NCBI GenBank assembly: GCA_907165135.1
Contig: OU015566.1
Coordinates: 6,448,001-6,512,000, forward strand
DNA: 64,000 nt
From: Oikopleura dioica
Lineage: Eukaryota > Animalia > Chordata
Direction of reading: 5' to 3'
Part shown: positions 54,615 through 64,000 of the stretch, piece by piece
How positions within the stretch are numbered: position 1 is the stretch's first letter
How the letters are laid out: every line of letters starts with the position of its first letter
Program-made: the position numbers and the translations under genes
The notes under the pieces: model-generated
Seen by the model: only the letters and a program-made list of their open reading frames with translations
Databases searched by the model: none
Told to the model about the DNA's origin: nothing

Positions 54615-57207
54615 TTAATAATTTCCCGCTTGAGTTGAAGTCCTCGAGTGCTCACACGAATCTGGAAGTTTAATAAGTCGCAGAATCGATCTACAATCAA
54701 GGTCAAAAATGCTGTCTAAAACAAACCATTCTACCTCCAAGAAGATCTTTAAAAGTCTCCGAATGAGTTGAGTGAGCCAGAACATATTGCATCCACGGAT
54801 TCAAATCGTCTAAAAGATGCAAAAGTAACAAATTTTGGATCAAATATTCTCCCTGAACATATTAAATATACTGACCATTAAAATCTGCCGCATCATTTTG
54901 AGTCGCTTTTCTAAGTGCGTTTTGGCAGGTTTCAAGCTCGTTGGTTAGTTTAGAGATGAAGATGCTTAGCGCTCCGAATTCTGGACGATGTTGTTCTTCG
55001 TTGTTTTCTTTGAAGGTTAATTTTAGAGAGTTGGAAAAAAGGGACCCAAAAGAATAATAAAAACAAAGAGTCAATGTAATATTTACCTGCTGAACCGAGG
55101 TAAGAGTCTGAATTTATTCCAATAAAGAGGTCTTCCGTTGTTGTTAAAAACTCTTCGGCTGCTGCAGTAGTCATCGAATCAGTGGTGGAGAAAATGCGAG
55201 GGTCAGATGATGTCACAGGAGTAGATACGGTAGTGGTGAGTTGATCCTCCGTTCCAAATAGAAAATCGCCCAAGCTGAAGTCCGAGAGCCCGTCTAAAAT
55301 CGGCGAGTCTGTTGTAATGCCACGGTTTAATTCGGAATCCGGCGAATTGGGAGTGATCAATAATTCATTATGCAGTGTTACTGTTTCTCGGGTCGAATCA
55401 GAATATGGAGTTGTATTTATCTCATCGTTGAAAGAGTTGGAATCAAAAGACGTTGAGTTCGGGTTGAAATAATCGAGGATTATTTCAGTGGATGCTTGAG
55501 CTTCAGTTGTCGTGGTCGTTGTCGTCGATGTGGTTGTTGTTGATACGATTTCGCAGTTTGCGCCAGCGAACCCATCTTGACAAATGCATTCAATCTCGGC
55601 GCCATTATATGTGCAATCGGAATCATTTTCACAAGGAGATGCTGTGCACGGATCATCCTGGCAGTCTTTTCCAGAGAATCCATCTGGACAGATGCATTCG
55701 TAAACTCCACCATTTTCTGTACAAGTTCCTCCGTTCTCACAAGGCTCGCCAGAGCAAGGAGTAAGTTGACAGTTTTCTCCAGAAAAGCCATCATCACAGG
55801 CGCATTCGTAGCCAGAGCCGATTACTGAGCATGATCCGTGTCCAGAGCAAGGATTTTGAGAGCACGGTGTTGTCTCGCAATTATCTCCTGAAAAACCCTC
55901 CTCACAGGAGCAGCGATAGGATGATCCGAATATTTCACAACTGGCACCATTTAGACAAGGACTGTCAGAGCAGGGGGTTGATTCGCATTTCTCCCCGCTA
56001 AATCCTTCTGGACAAGAGCATGTAAAATCTGATCCTTCAACAACACACGATCCATTATTGACGCAAGGATTTGCAGTACATGGCGTCATTGAGCAATTAG
56101 CGCCGCTGAAGCTAGAAGGACAAGTGCATTCAAAAGTGGATCCGTTGACTGAGCATTGGCCGTTGTTTTCGCATGGATTGTTTGAGCAAGGGTCAATTTC
56201 GCACGTCTCGCCAGAGTATCCAGACGGGCAGGAGCAAGCGCACGAGGTTCCGTTGATGGAAGGTAAGCCGGAATTGAGACAGGGGTTGGGATCGCAAGGA
56301 CTAGGGGTCGTGGTGATCGTTGTGGTTGTAGTTGTTGTGGTGGTGGTAGTTGTCGTCGTTGTTGTGGTTGTGGTGCTCGTAGTTGTGGTGGTTGTAGTTG
56401 TTGTTGTGGTAGACGTGGTTGTGGTAGTAGTAGTTGTTGTAGTCGTAGATGTCGTCGTAGTTGTGGTACTTGTAGATGTGGTAGTTGTTGTGGTTGTAGT
56501 AGAAGTAGAGGTAGTCGTCGTTGAAGATGTAGTTGTTGAGGTTGTTGTGGTAGTGGACGTCGTTGTGGTAGAAGTAGTAGTAGACGTAGTCGTTGTTGTC
56601 GTAGAGGACGTTGTCGTTGTTACATCTGGAGAAGATTCTGTTGGTTTTGTCTCAGTTGTTGTATCCACAATGATTTCCTCTTCACACGGACCCAATCTCA
56701 TTAAATCCGGTAATGGTCCATCAATATTCGTCCATCTAAAAACAGCCATGAATGGGAAATCAAAATCGAATCAAATATTCAAGTACATTCAAAGGAAAGT
56801 GGTATTATCCCATTTGGCTCGTTTTGACTTACCCAGCTTCAGTTGGACAAGCTCCCGAGTGCGTTCTGGAATATGCAAAGCCACTGTATTCGCCGGGCGT
56901 CATTGACACAAACCAGATCTTTGAACGGCAATAGAGGTAAATTCTATCCCCATTAAAATAAACTGCAGTTCCAGGATCAAAACGAGCGTCAGGAAAATTC
57001 GCGATTTCTTCTTCCCGCAAAATGTAAAATTGATTTCTATTTACGAGTTCAAATAAAACGCTCATCAAGTCTCATAAAAGATTCTCTTGCTAACTCGTTC
57101 CTTGAATCTACTGTATCTCTATACAAATTCAGCGTCAGTCGAGGACAGCAATCAAATTGCGCCGAGGAAAATCCAAACAATAAGAAGAAAAAATTTGCAG
57201 AGCGCAT
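54615..57207 (-). CDS. Secreted mucin-like protein with a long Thr tract and seven EGF-like repeats; 3' end uncertain
   Basis: Signal MRSANFFFLLFGFSSA at 57207; exons 57207-57060, ~57010-56833, 56735-55087 and ~55009-54877. Further open exon-like segments may extend to ~53400. Confidence 0.8.
56312..56612 (-). repeat. Thr/Ser homopeptide coding tract (ACN)n
   Basis: Roughly 90-100 T/S codons with mixed codon usage. Confidence 0.9.
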
Positions 57208-57659
57208 TTTTCTCTATTCGACGAAAAAAAACTGAAGTGGCAAAGTTGGAAGGGATTCTTTTATAGAGGAAAAAGTGAAAGTGGGTACTTATAATCTGCA
57301 CTTTTTCCGCGTACTCACCTGGAAAAAGCAAAGGGATGAAAAAGGGCTTCCGGAGTAATTGGCGACACCGGAGCTGATTCTTCGCGCATGATTTACGCTC
57401 TTGCGCTCGGCGTGCTTCAGAGGGGAAGTTGTAAAATAAGTAGCAGGAAAACCGACAAATATATATACAGTTAGCACATTTGTACAAAGTGACGACGGGA
57501 AATATTCTCAGATATTAATATTTAAGAATATTTTGATATCTAACTATATATACAAGTGCAGCTTATGGAAATTTATTACAGACAGGTCCTTTTGCAAGAT
57601 GGACCTTCGCTACTAGCCCTCCTCTTTCTCAAAGAGCTCATACTCTCTTCCTGTTCTTC

Positions 57660-58622
57660 TACAGAAACCTCGTTAGATTGATCGTCTGGTTCAGAATGTT
57701 GATTGTTATCGTTGTTGTCTTCGGGCATTCGAAATTTGAATCCAAAGCCAAGATAACTTTAAAATAAATCATAATTCAGGTTTTTTTGAAACAATTACTG
57801 ATACCAGTATCGAGAAAGAACGTCGTTTGTGATCCCCCAATCAAGGGTTTCTTTGAGAAACTTCGGAGTCTCTTCGAATCCAACCAAGAATGGTTGTTCT
57901 CGAACTTGCTGCATCAATTCTTCATCACGCCAATTTTCAGGAAACTTTAAATCAAAAATTTTTAATTCCGCGATTTGTTACCTGATAAGTGTTGTACTGA
58001 ATTCTCGAAGCAAATCCTGCCTTTTCATCGACATCTCTTTCCTCTGCAGACATCTTTCTTTTGAATCTAATTTTGACAAAGTTGGTTCGCACTCGGAGTT
58101 CCTTGATCAGCTTGTCGCATTCTTTTTTGAGTTTCTGATATCTCTCGCACTTCTCATCGATCAAATTGACTTTGATTTGCATTTTTACGGTAAAATTCAC
58201 CAGTTTCATTTGTTTAGCTCTGCGCAAAACTTCACGTAAAGCCACATATTTCAATTCTTGATACTTGGTGTCTTTGGGTGAATGGTCAGCTGTTATTCCA
58301 GTAACAGGGACCTAGTTAAAGAATGAAAAAAAAAACCTTATGGAAGCTGTTAATTTTCTACCATTACAGTTTCCTGGCCGGGAAACTTGAATGCAAATCC
58401 TCTGCATCTAACATCCTTGTTCTCAGGATCCCGATGATTTGTTGAAACGGAGTGCACGTACACTGTCTGACCTCTTAGATTTGTCTTACCATCGTCTGGC
58501 TTAAGATTGACAAAGAACTGGGTCATAAGCATTTGTCCTTTCTTTGCAATTCCTCCCATTTTCTCTTTTTTAGACAGTAAGGAAAAACTTCCGGTTTTAT
58601 AGGCGGATCTCCGGCACAGCAT
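57660..58622 (-). CDS. Multi-exon hypothetical protein
   Basis: Phase-consistent GT-AG joins ...FPGQET/VPVTGITADH... and ...YNTYQ/FPENWRDEEL...; no recognisable domain; 3' end approximate. Confidence 0.55.
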
Positions 58623-58657
58623 GCGACTGTGTCTACGAAAGGAGAACAGAATACCCT

Positions 58658-59131
58658 TGTTATAGTATGACTATAACGTATGACTGTTTTACTACATAGT
58701 ATTTCTGCTACTGATCACTGTACGCGCCCAACGCGCGGCGACCTTTCCCTTTTCCCTTTTTGTTATTAATTATTCACTGCACCACCAATAATTTCGGCTG
58801 CTCCGCCGATATTCTCGCGCGGCGCTCCGATATTCTCGGAAGGGCCGAGAATATCCGCGGACGCTCTCCCGATATTCTTGGGCGCTGCTCTGATATTCTC
58901 GGATAAGCCGAGAATATCCTCGTAGAAAAGTGACCACTATATAAGGACGACACCCTCCATCAAATCAGTAACGTTCTCAGGGGTCACTTTGAGCAAGACA
59001 TACGGCTTTATGCCTAGAGATTACTGTACTGAGACTGTACTAGCGCTGGTCGCAGAATAAATCGGAAACGCTTATTAGCTTTTTATTACAATTGTAGTGT
59101 GTCTTTATTTCACGCAAGCCATACTACAACA
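58658..59131 (+). repeat. 5' LTR (474 bp)
   Basis: TG...CA ends, TATATAA at 58938, AATAAA at 59056, six GATATTCT-type motifs at 58807-58918. Confidence 0.9.
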
Positions 59132-60027
59132 TTGGTGTCAGAAGTATAAAGAAACCCAGCCTCAGAGAAAAACACAAGAAGTATTCCGAAACCACACGCT
59201 TACCAGCTGCTACCTCACTTGCGATCAAAGATGACACTTGTTAAGGTAAGGATAAATGGGTTATTAAGGGTATAGAGCCAGGGATTTTCACAGAAAGCGG
59301 AGCTTGCACCCTTAAGGGCAGCCACCGATAGGAAATCCTTTAGGCGGATCATATTAAGAATTTTTTTTTTTATCGAAAATAATCTTAAGGGTATACCTAG
59401 GCTTAACAAAAAAAAAAGAAAAAGAGTTTTCTTGTTTTTTTCTGGTTGCAATAGAGAAAATGACCATTCGAATAATTTGTTCAGAGTTCTATGAGGATTG
59501 GAAAAAAAAATTGACCCAGATTTAATATTTGAGACTTGGCAAAAAAAGCGATGACTACACCCCTAAGAAAAATAGAAGGGGCAATTTTGAATAATTTTGG
59601 ATAAAGAGGGCATTAACAACAAATTTAAAAAAAAAAAACTATCAAGAATAAGTATTAAATAAATAACGTGAAATTTTTATTTCCAAAAAGATTAAAACAA
59701 TAAATCATCTCTTTCTTAGTTTTTTCTTCTCTTTCAAAGAGCTGGACAATACGCGAAAAATAGTGCGACTGATCACAAGGAAGGCAAAATGCAGAATGAC
59801 GCCCGATTTCAAAAGCGAAAATTTCGGCGCTGAATACATTAATATTTATGGACAAGCGCGCGCTCTGAGTGGCTCGCAGCACCTATATTGACTCAGGCAT
59901 CCAATCAGACGATAGAAGAAATAAATTATTCAGGAAGTGCGCACCCTCTCAAAATCACCACCTTTAAAAAAGTAAGACTAACTTGTCTTCGAAAATTGAA
60001 AAATTTCAATTTTTTGATATCGTGAAA

Positions 60028-61419
60028 ATGCCAATCAAATCAAAACAAATCCTTTATTATTTTGAAGATGGCACCGAAAAAGAAATGGTTTACCGCTATG
60101 TGCTTCCACGAGTCCTGTCAATATATCCACCAACCGAACATATACAGAAACCAGAGAAATGGCAAATAATTTTCGACATGATTGCGATTATAGAAGAAAT
60201 CCGTAGAGACACGACGGAATTCATAGCCACGCAAAACTTCTCCGTCGGACAATCAGAAGCTCTTTACAATCATTGGTTAATTAGCCAGTCAAGGAAAAGA
60301 AGAGACCAAAGGGAGCACTTAATTCTCTGGATCTGCAAAGCAACATTTGTGTGCGACGTTTGGAAATCAAAACATGGAAATATAACGGGAATCGGGACAC
60401 AAGTGCGCGTTGCGTTTGATAAAATGTTCAATGGACAGCAAGAGTTTTGGAGAAACTTTTTAAAGATCAAGACCAACTCCGAGATGAGAATTTCCAAAAT
60501 AAAGATGGAAGAGTTCGTGAGGAAAATTGAACATTCTTTCCATGAAGGAAGATCAACTACTTCTCAAGGATTTTCTGAAGGAAGGGATCCTAGAAATTGG
60601 CAGGCTGAAACAGGCATGGTGCCGACGAGACAAGATCCGGGACATTCTGTGAGAAACGAGAAAAGGGCACAACAAGTGATAGAGATAAATAAACCTCCAG
60701 TTCTCAATTTGCGATTTCAAGAGGTGTATTACGGATCGTTGAACAACAATGTCTCAGCTGTCGATATAAGACCACTTCCGATTATTACCAACCATCACAG
60801 TCAACAATCAAGCCTGCAGACAAAGAACCAACAACTGATGAATCAGACTGGAAACGGCGGAATTCAGCCAAGCCAACAAGCTTTCGACTCAACTGATGCG
60901 ACCGGCCCACCAGCTAAACGGCAAAAAATTGTCGGCGACAGTGACTCTTTCTTCATGGCAAATAACACTGGCGAGAAAATTCAAGCTTACCTATTGCCTG
61001 ATAACATTGACAAAATTTTGAATTTAGATGGTAACCAGGGAAATTTTACCGGAAATATGCATGAAGGGACACACATGGTGGAACCAAGCAATCAGCTACA
61101 GTCAGCAACTACTGACCAACAAACTCATCGACAAACCAAAAGAGCGAGAACTCTTTCAGAGCAAGGATTAACAAATAATGACATGAACATTATTCTACCA
61201 AATCAAAGTGCCGAATCATGGAATGATAACAAGAGTATTGAGCCAGATATACGACCAGCAAACGAAATCGGAGAGCCTAATCAAAATGATTCCAACAATT
61301 TAAATCCTCCTTTGCCGTGCCTCGATGCAGACACCGACTTTGAATCTTTTTTTGCTCAACTTGAGGCGGACAATGTCAAGAAGTTCGATGAAACTTTCAC
61401 CTACAACGGGAAGAATTAA
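60028..61419 (+). CDS. Extra ORF upstream of gag, unknown function (about 463 aa from the first ATG)
   Basis: Uninterrupted ORF inside the element: globular-looking N-terminal ~175 aa, then Q/N/D-rich low complexity and an acidic-aromatic tail DFESFFAQLE. Confidence 0.8.
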   Translation: MPIKSKQILYYFEDGTEKEMVYRYVLPRVLSIYPPTEHIQKPEKWQIIFDMIAIIEEIRRDTTEFIATQNFSVGQSEALYNHWLISQSRKRRDQREHLILWICKATFVCDVWKSKHGNITGIGTQVRVAFDKMFNGQQEFWRNFLKIKTNSEMRISKIKMEEFVRKIEHSFHEGRSTTSQGFSEGRDPRNWQAETGMVPTRQDPGHSVRNEKRAQQVIEINKPPVLNLRFQEVYYGSLNNNVSAVDIRPLPIITNHHSQQSSLQTKNQQLMNQTGNGGIQPSQQAFDSTDATGPPAKRQKIVGDSDSFFMANNTGEKIQAYLLPDNIDKILNLDGNQGNFTGNMHEGTHMVEPSNQLQSATTDQQTHRQTKRARTLSEQGLTNNDMNIILPNQSAESWNDNKSIEPDIRPANEIGEPNQNDSNNLNPPLPCLDADTDFESFFAQLEADNVKKFDETFTYNGKN

Positions 61420-61574
61420 ATCTCGCATTGCGAAAACATTTCATTGTTGACAATTTCTTTTACTGAAGTTAACCTCTCACTTCTCCTTAACTGTCTAGTC
61501 TGTCCGGGTATAAAAGACACTTAGCTAATCAAAATTAAAATTTATATGCTTTTAGACAAACGCAAATCTTAACA

Positions 61575-63050
61575 ATGAAACTAATCAAAATCAACACAGC
61601 ACAAGCGAACGGAGTTCCAAATAAAATCGCGATTCACGTGACCAAAGAAGATCTTGAAAGAGATCTTCGGCTGGCGGCGAAAGAAGCAGATTGTCCTGAC
61701 ACATTCGTTTTGATAACAGAAAGCTCCACAGGTATAGTTCAGAGACTAGGTGAGAACGAAGAAAAGCTGCGTAAATCAAGAACGATGGCGGAAAGGATCT
61801 TGAAAGAAGAATCGGATTCAGCAATTTTTATCGAGGAGGATTATGCAAAACGATCAAACATAATCATTGAAACACCACAGCAGACCCAGACAAACAACAT
61901 CGGAGAAGTAAAGCGAGAAGACGAAAAGCAAGAAAGACTCGAGAAACTTGAGAAGGAAAACACCGAGCTGAAGAAAATTGTCAACGCGAATCAAACTGAA
62001 CTTCTTAACCTGCGAATGCAAGGAGAGATGCAGTTTAACGCATTAAAAGACATGGGAGAATCCATCAATGATCTCAGAAAATATTTTGCAAAGAAGAACA
62101 CGATGAGTGACAATGAGGAACTCACTGGGGGAAGTGAGGGAAGTAACCTGCAAAGTCTAGAGGAACGAGCAGATGAGAGTAAGGAAGAGAGGAAAAGATT
62201 TGTGAGGACGGAAGTCAAGAAATTTTTCGCGAATCCCGCAAAATTCAATATGATATCGTGGACTGACAACGAGGACATTACGTTTGACGAGCATTTAGCA
62301 AGAAACCGGATTGCTATACGAAGCGCTAAAGAATCAGGACTTGCTGACAGCCAATTAATCAACCTATTTCTTCTCACGCTGAGACCAAGAGACCACTACC
62401 TGGACGAGGTAGTTGGGGTTAGAGATCGAAAAGACTTCAAGACGTTCATCGAAGGCCTTGGACGATATTTCAATGGATCCTCAACAACGAGCATGAACAA
62501 AGTTATCACCGCAAGAAGAAAACCGAATGAGAAACTTATCGAATTTTTCATACGGTTAAGATCAATGTATGGAATGACGGGAAGAGACCCAACAGAAGGG
62601 GAGACACCAAACCTCTTTTACACTATCCTGCTGAACAATGCAACGAAAATTCAGAAGACCGAACTGATAAGAGACTTAGATGTTGAAAGAAGGAAAACAC
62701 CAATAAAGCTAGACGACCTTAAAGACGCAGTTTTGAAGGCCCAAATGGTGGATGATCAAAGCTACGATGCAAACACTCAACATCTTGTGTATAACATCAA
62801 CGATCAGCAAAAACAAAGAGGTTATGAACAACGAAACGAAATGCCAAGATCAAGCTCTAGAAAGCTTATTGACAAATCAAATGTTGTTTGTTACAACTGC
62901 GACTCCAAAGGGCACATGTGGCGTGACTGCCAAAAGCCTTTAAAACAACGATTTGTCCGAATAAAAGAAAGAACAAAACAACAACAAGGATATCCGAGAG
63001 AGCCTAGAACCCCTCGAGGGACAGGCTATCGAGCGAACAAAAGCACCTAA
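61575..63050 (+). CDS. gag: Gag (coiled coil, capsid-like region, CCHC knuckle)
   Basis: CYNCDSKGHMWRDC knuckle; located upstream of the protease. Confidence 0.9.
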   Translation: MKLIKINTAQANGVPNKIAIHVTKEDLERDLRLAAKEADCPDTFVLITESSTGIVQRLGENEEKLRKSRTMAERILKEESDSAIFIEEDYAKRSNIIIETPQQTQTNNIGEVKREDEKQERLEKLEKENTELKKIVNANQTELLNLRMQGEMQFNALKDMGESINDLRKYFAKKNTMSDNEELTGGSEGSNLQSLEERADESKEERKRFVRTEVKKFFANPAKFNMISWTDNEDITFDEHLARNRIAIRSAKESGLADSQLINLFLLTLRPRDHYLDEVVGVRDRKDFKTFIEGLGRYFNGSSTTSMNKVITARRKPNEKLIEFFIRLRSMYGMTGRDPTEGETPNLFYTILLNNATKIQKTELIRDLDVERRKTPIKLDDLKDAVLKAQMVDDQSYDANTQHLVYNINDQQKQRGYEQRNEMPRSSSRKLIDKSNVVCYNCDSKGHMWRDCQKPLKQRFVRIKERTKQQQGYPREPRTPRGTGYRANKST

Positions 63051-63075
63051 GCCAGCTGCGAATCGGCTTAGAAAT

Positions 63076-64000
63076 ATGGAAACGAAAACGGAACCGGAAC
63101 CGACTAAGAAAAAACCTTATCAACCACTTATTGTGTACGCCAATGTCAAGGCGAAAGCCCGCAATGGCGTCAAACAAGACGTATTGACTTTACTCGATAC
63201 AGGCGCAACCTACAGTTGCGCAAGCCTTGATTTCGCCGAAAGTCTTGAAAAGAACGGCTCCAAAATCATTAAAGAACAAACTCGCAGAGCCCATCCAATA
63301 GCGGCTAAGGGAGGGACAATGGAAATCGCCTATGACATTATACTGGATGTCACAATCAAAAGCTATCCTGATATTGTCTTCCCTTCAGTTCGCGTCAGTA
63401 TTATACCTGGCCTTCGCGCGGAATTAATACTTGGATGTGACAGTCTCCAGAACCATACACTGCAGATAAATAGCAATTCTGCACTGATTGATGGTAGACC
63501 AGTGCAACTCGCGAGACAGAGGAACACAGTTACACTGAAAGTATTGGAGGCAAATGCTTCAAAGGGCTTCAATACCCTGAAACTTGCTGCCGAAGACCTT
63601 GCAGAAGAGAAGCAGCCCTCTAACCGAGTTTTACTCACCTTAGAATCCAGCTCATCGCCTGGTGTGCCGGACGTGTCTATGATCATGAAGTCAAGTGAGT
63701 TGAAAGCCGATTTCTTGATCACATACCCGGGCCCACCGACCACAGTACCGAAGATTTTCCTGGCCAGAATTGACTCGGTACCGGAAAACTCAGAAACCGA
63801 AACTCCTAGGGGATTGTCGGCTGATGATATCAATGATATTATATCAAAAACAGAGCTAAGCCCACAAGGCCAAGAGAAGCTGAAAGTCATTCTCGAGAAG
63901 CATTCCTGTTCATTCTCGAAGAAGAAGACCGACGTTGGAATATATAAAGGACCTAAAGTTAAACTGCAGTTACTTGACCCAAGACTCCCTGGAGCCTGGG
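63076..64000 (+). CDS. pol: Pol, N-terminal part (aspartic protease and linker towards RT), truncated by the window end
   Basis: LLDTGATYS at ~63190-63213 and LILGCD. The frame is open from ~62962 to 64000 and is +1 relative to gag; it is absent from the ORF track because it has no stop in the window. Confidence 0.92.
   Translation, partial: METKTEPEPTKKKPYQPLIVYANVKAKARNGVKQDVLTLLDTGATYSCASLDFAESLEKNGSKIIKEQTRRAHPIAAKGGTMEIAYDIILDVTIKSYPDIVFPSVRVSIIPGLRAELILGCDSLQNHTLQINSNSALIDGRPVQLARQRNTVTLKVLEANASKGFNTLKLAAEDLAEEKQPSNRVLLTLESSSSPGVPDVSMIMKSSELKADFLITYPGPPTTVPKIFLARIDSVPENSETETPRGLSADDINDIISKTELSPQGQEKLKVILEKHSCSFSKKKTDVGIYKGPKVKLQLLDPRLPGAW

Larger units (their letters stand above)
58658..64000 (+). 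mobile_element. Ty3/gypsy (Tor-like) LTR retrotransposon, 5' part
   Basis: LTR 58658-59131 with inverted termini TGTTATAGTAT / ATACTACAACA; PBS TGGTGTCAGAAGT (tRNA-Leu type) at 59133-59145; extra ORF, gag, then protease running off the window. Confidence 0.93.

Noticed and set aside
56058-56906. 282-aa Val-rich plus-strand ORF
   Set aside because: Antisense shadow of the Thr tract and EGF exon.
60028-61419. Env identity for the extra gypsy ORF
   Set aside because: No signal peptide, transmembrane helix or Cys-rich ectodomain, and it lies upstream of gag.
63363-63890. 175-aa minus-strand ORF
   Set aside because: Antisense to pol.

Overview
Compact, intron-containing animal genomic DNA, not prokaryotic. 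The 40-55 nt introns, AAG acceptors, GC (and probable GA) donors and Ty3/gypsy LTR elements point by inference to a larvacean tunicate such as Oikopleura dioica. Left half: a segmentally duplicated block. Beta-catenin 5' half plus a truncated secreted-protein gene (1-5017) is near-identical to 26517-31516. A galaxin-like gene, a small ORF, a tandem pseudo-protease/trypsin gene and the beta-catenin tail (8699-14320) form a diverged copy of 19889-25700. Between them is a repeat-bounded 5 kb mosaic of gene fragments (SMNDC1/SPF30-like, C2H2 gene, cbEGF pseudogene, NGLY1 PAW-like). The complete beta-catenin (24755-29386, minus) lacks the DSGxxS degron. Right half: a very young gag-only LTR element (36205-41864, ATGAC TSD, CTCF-like and ETS-like arrays in its LTRs) splitting a RING-finger gene; Pax3/7 (43293-49663, minus); an EGF/Thr-rich mucin-like gene; a hypothetical gene; and the 5' part of a gypsy element with an extra ORF ahead of gag (58658-64000). 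The most striking item is absent from the ORF track: a two-exon gene (53115-53035, 52403-52329, minus) encoding a 51-aa somatostatin/cortistatin-like prepropeptide (signal peptide, KR, HIETPCRKLFWKSPQRLSCY). Exon models and family calls were made by eye from memory of the families; no searches were run.
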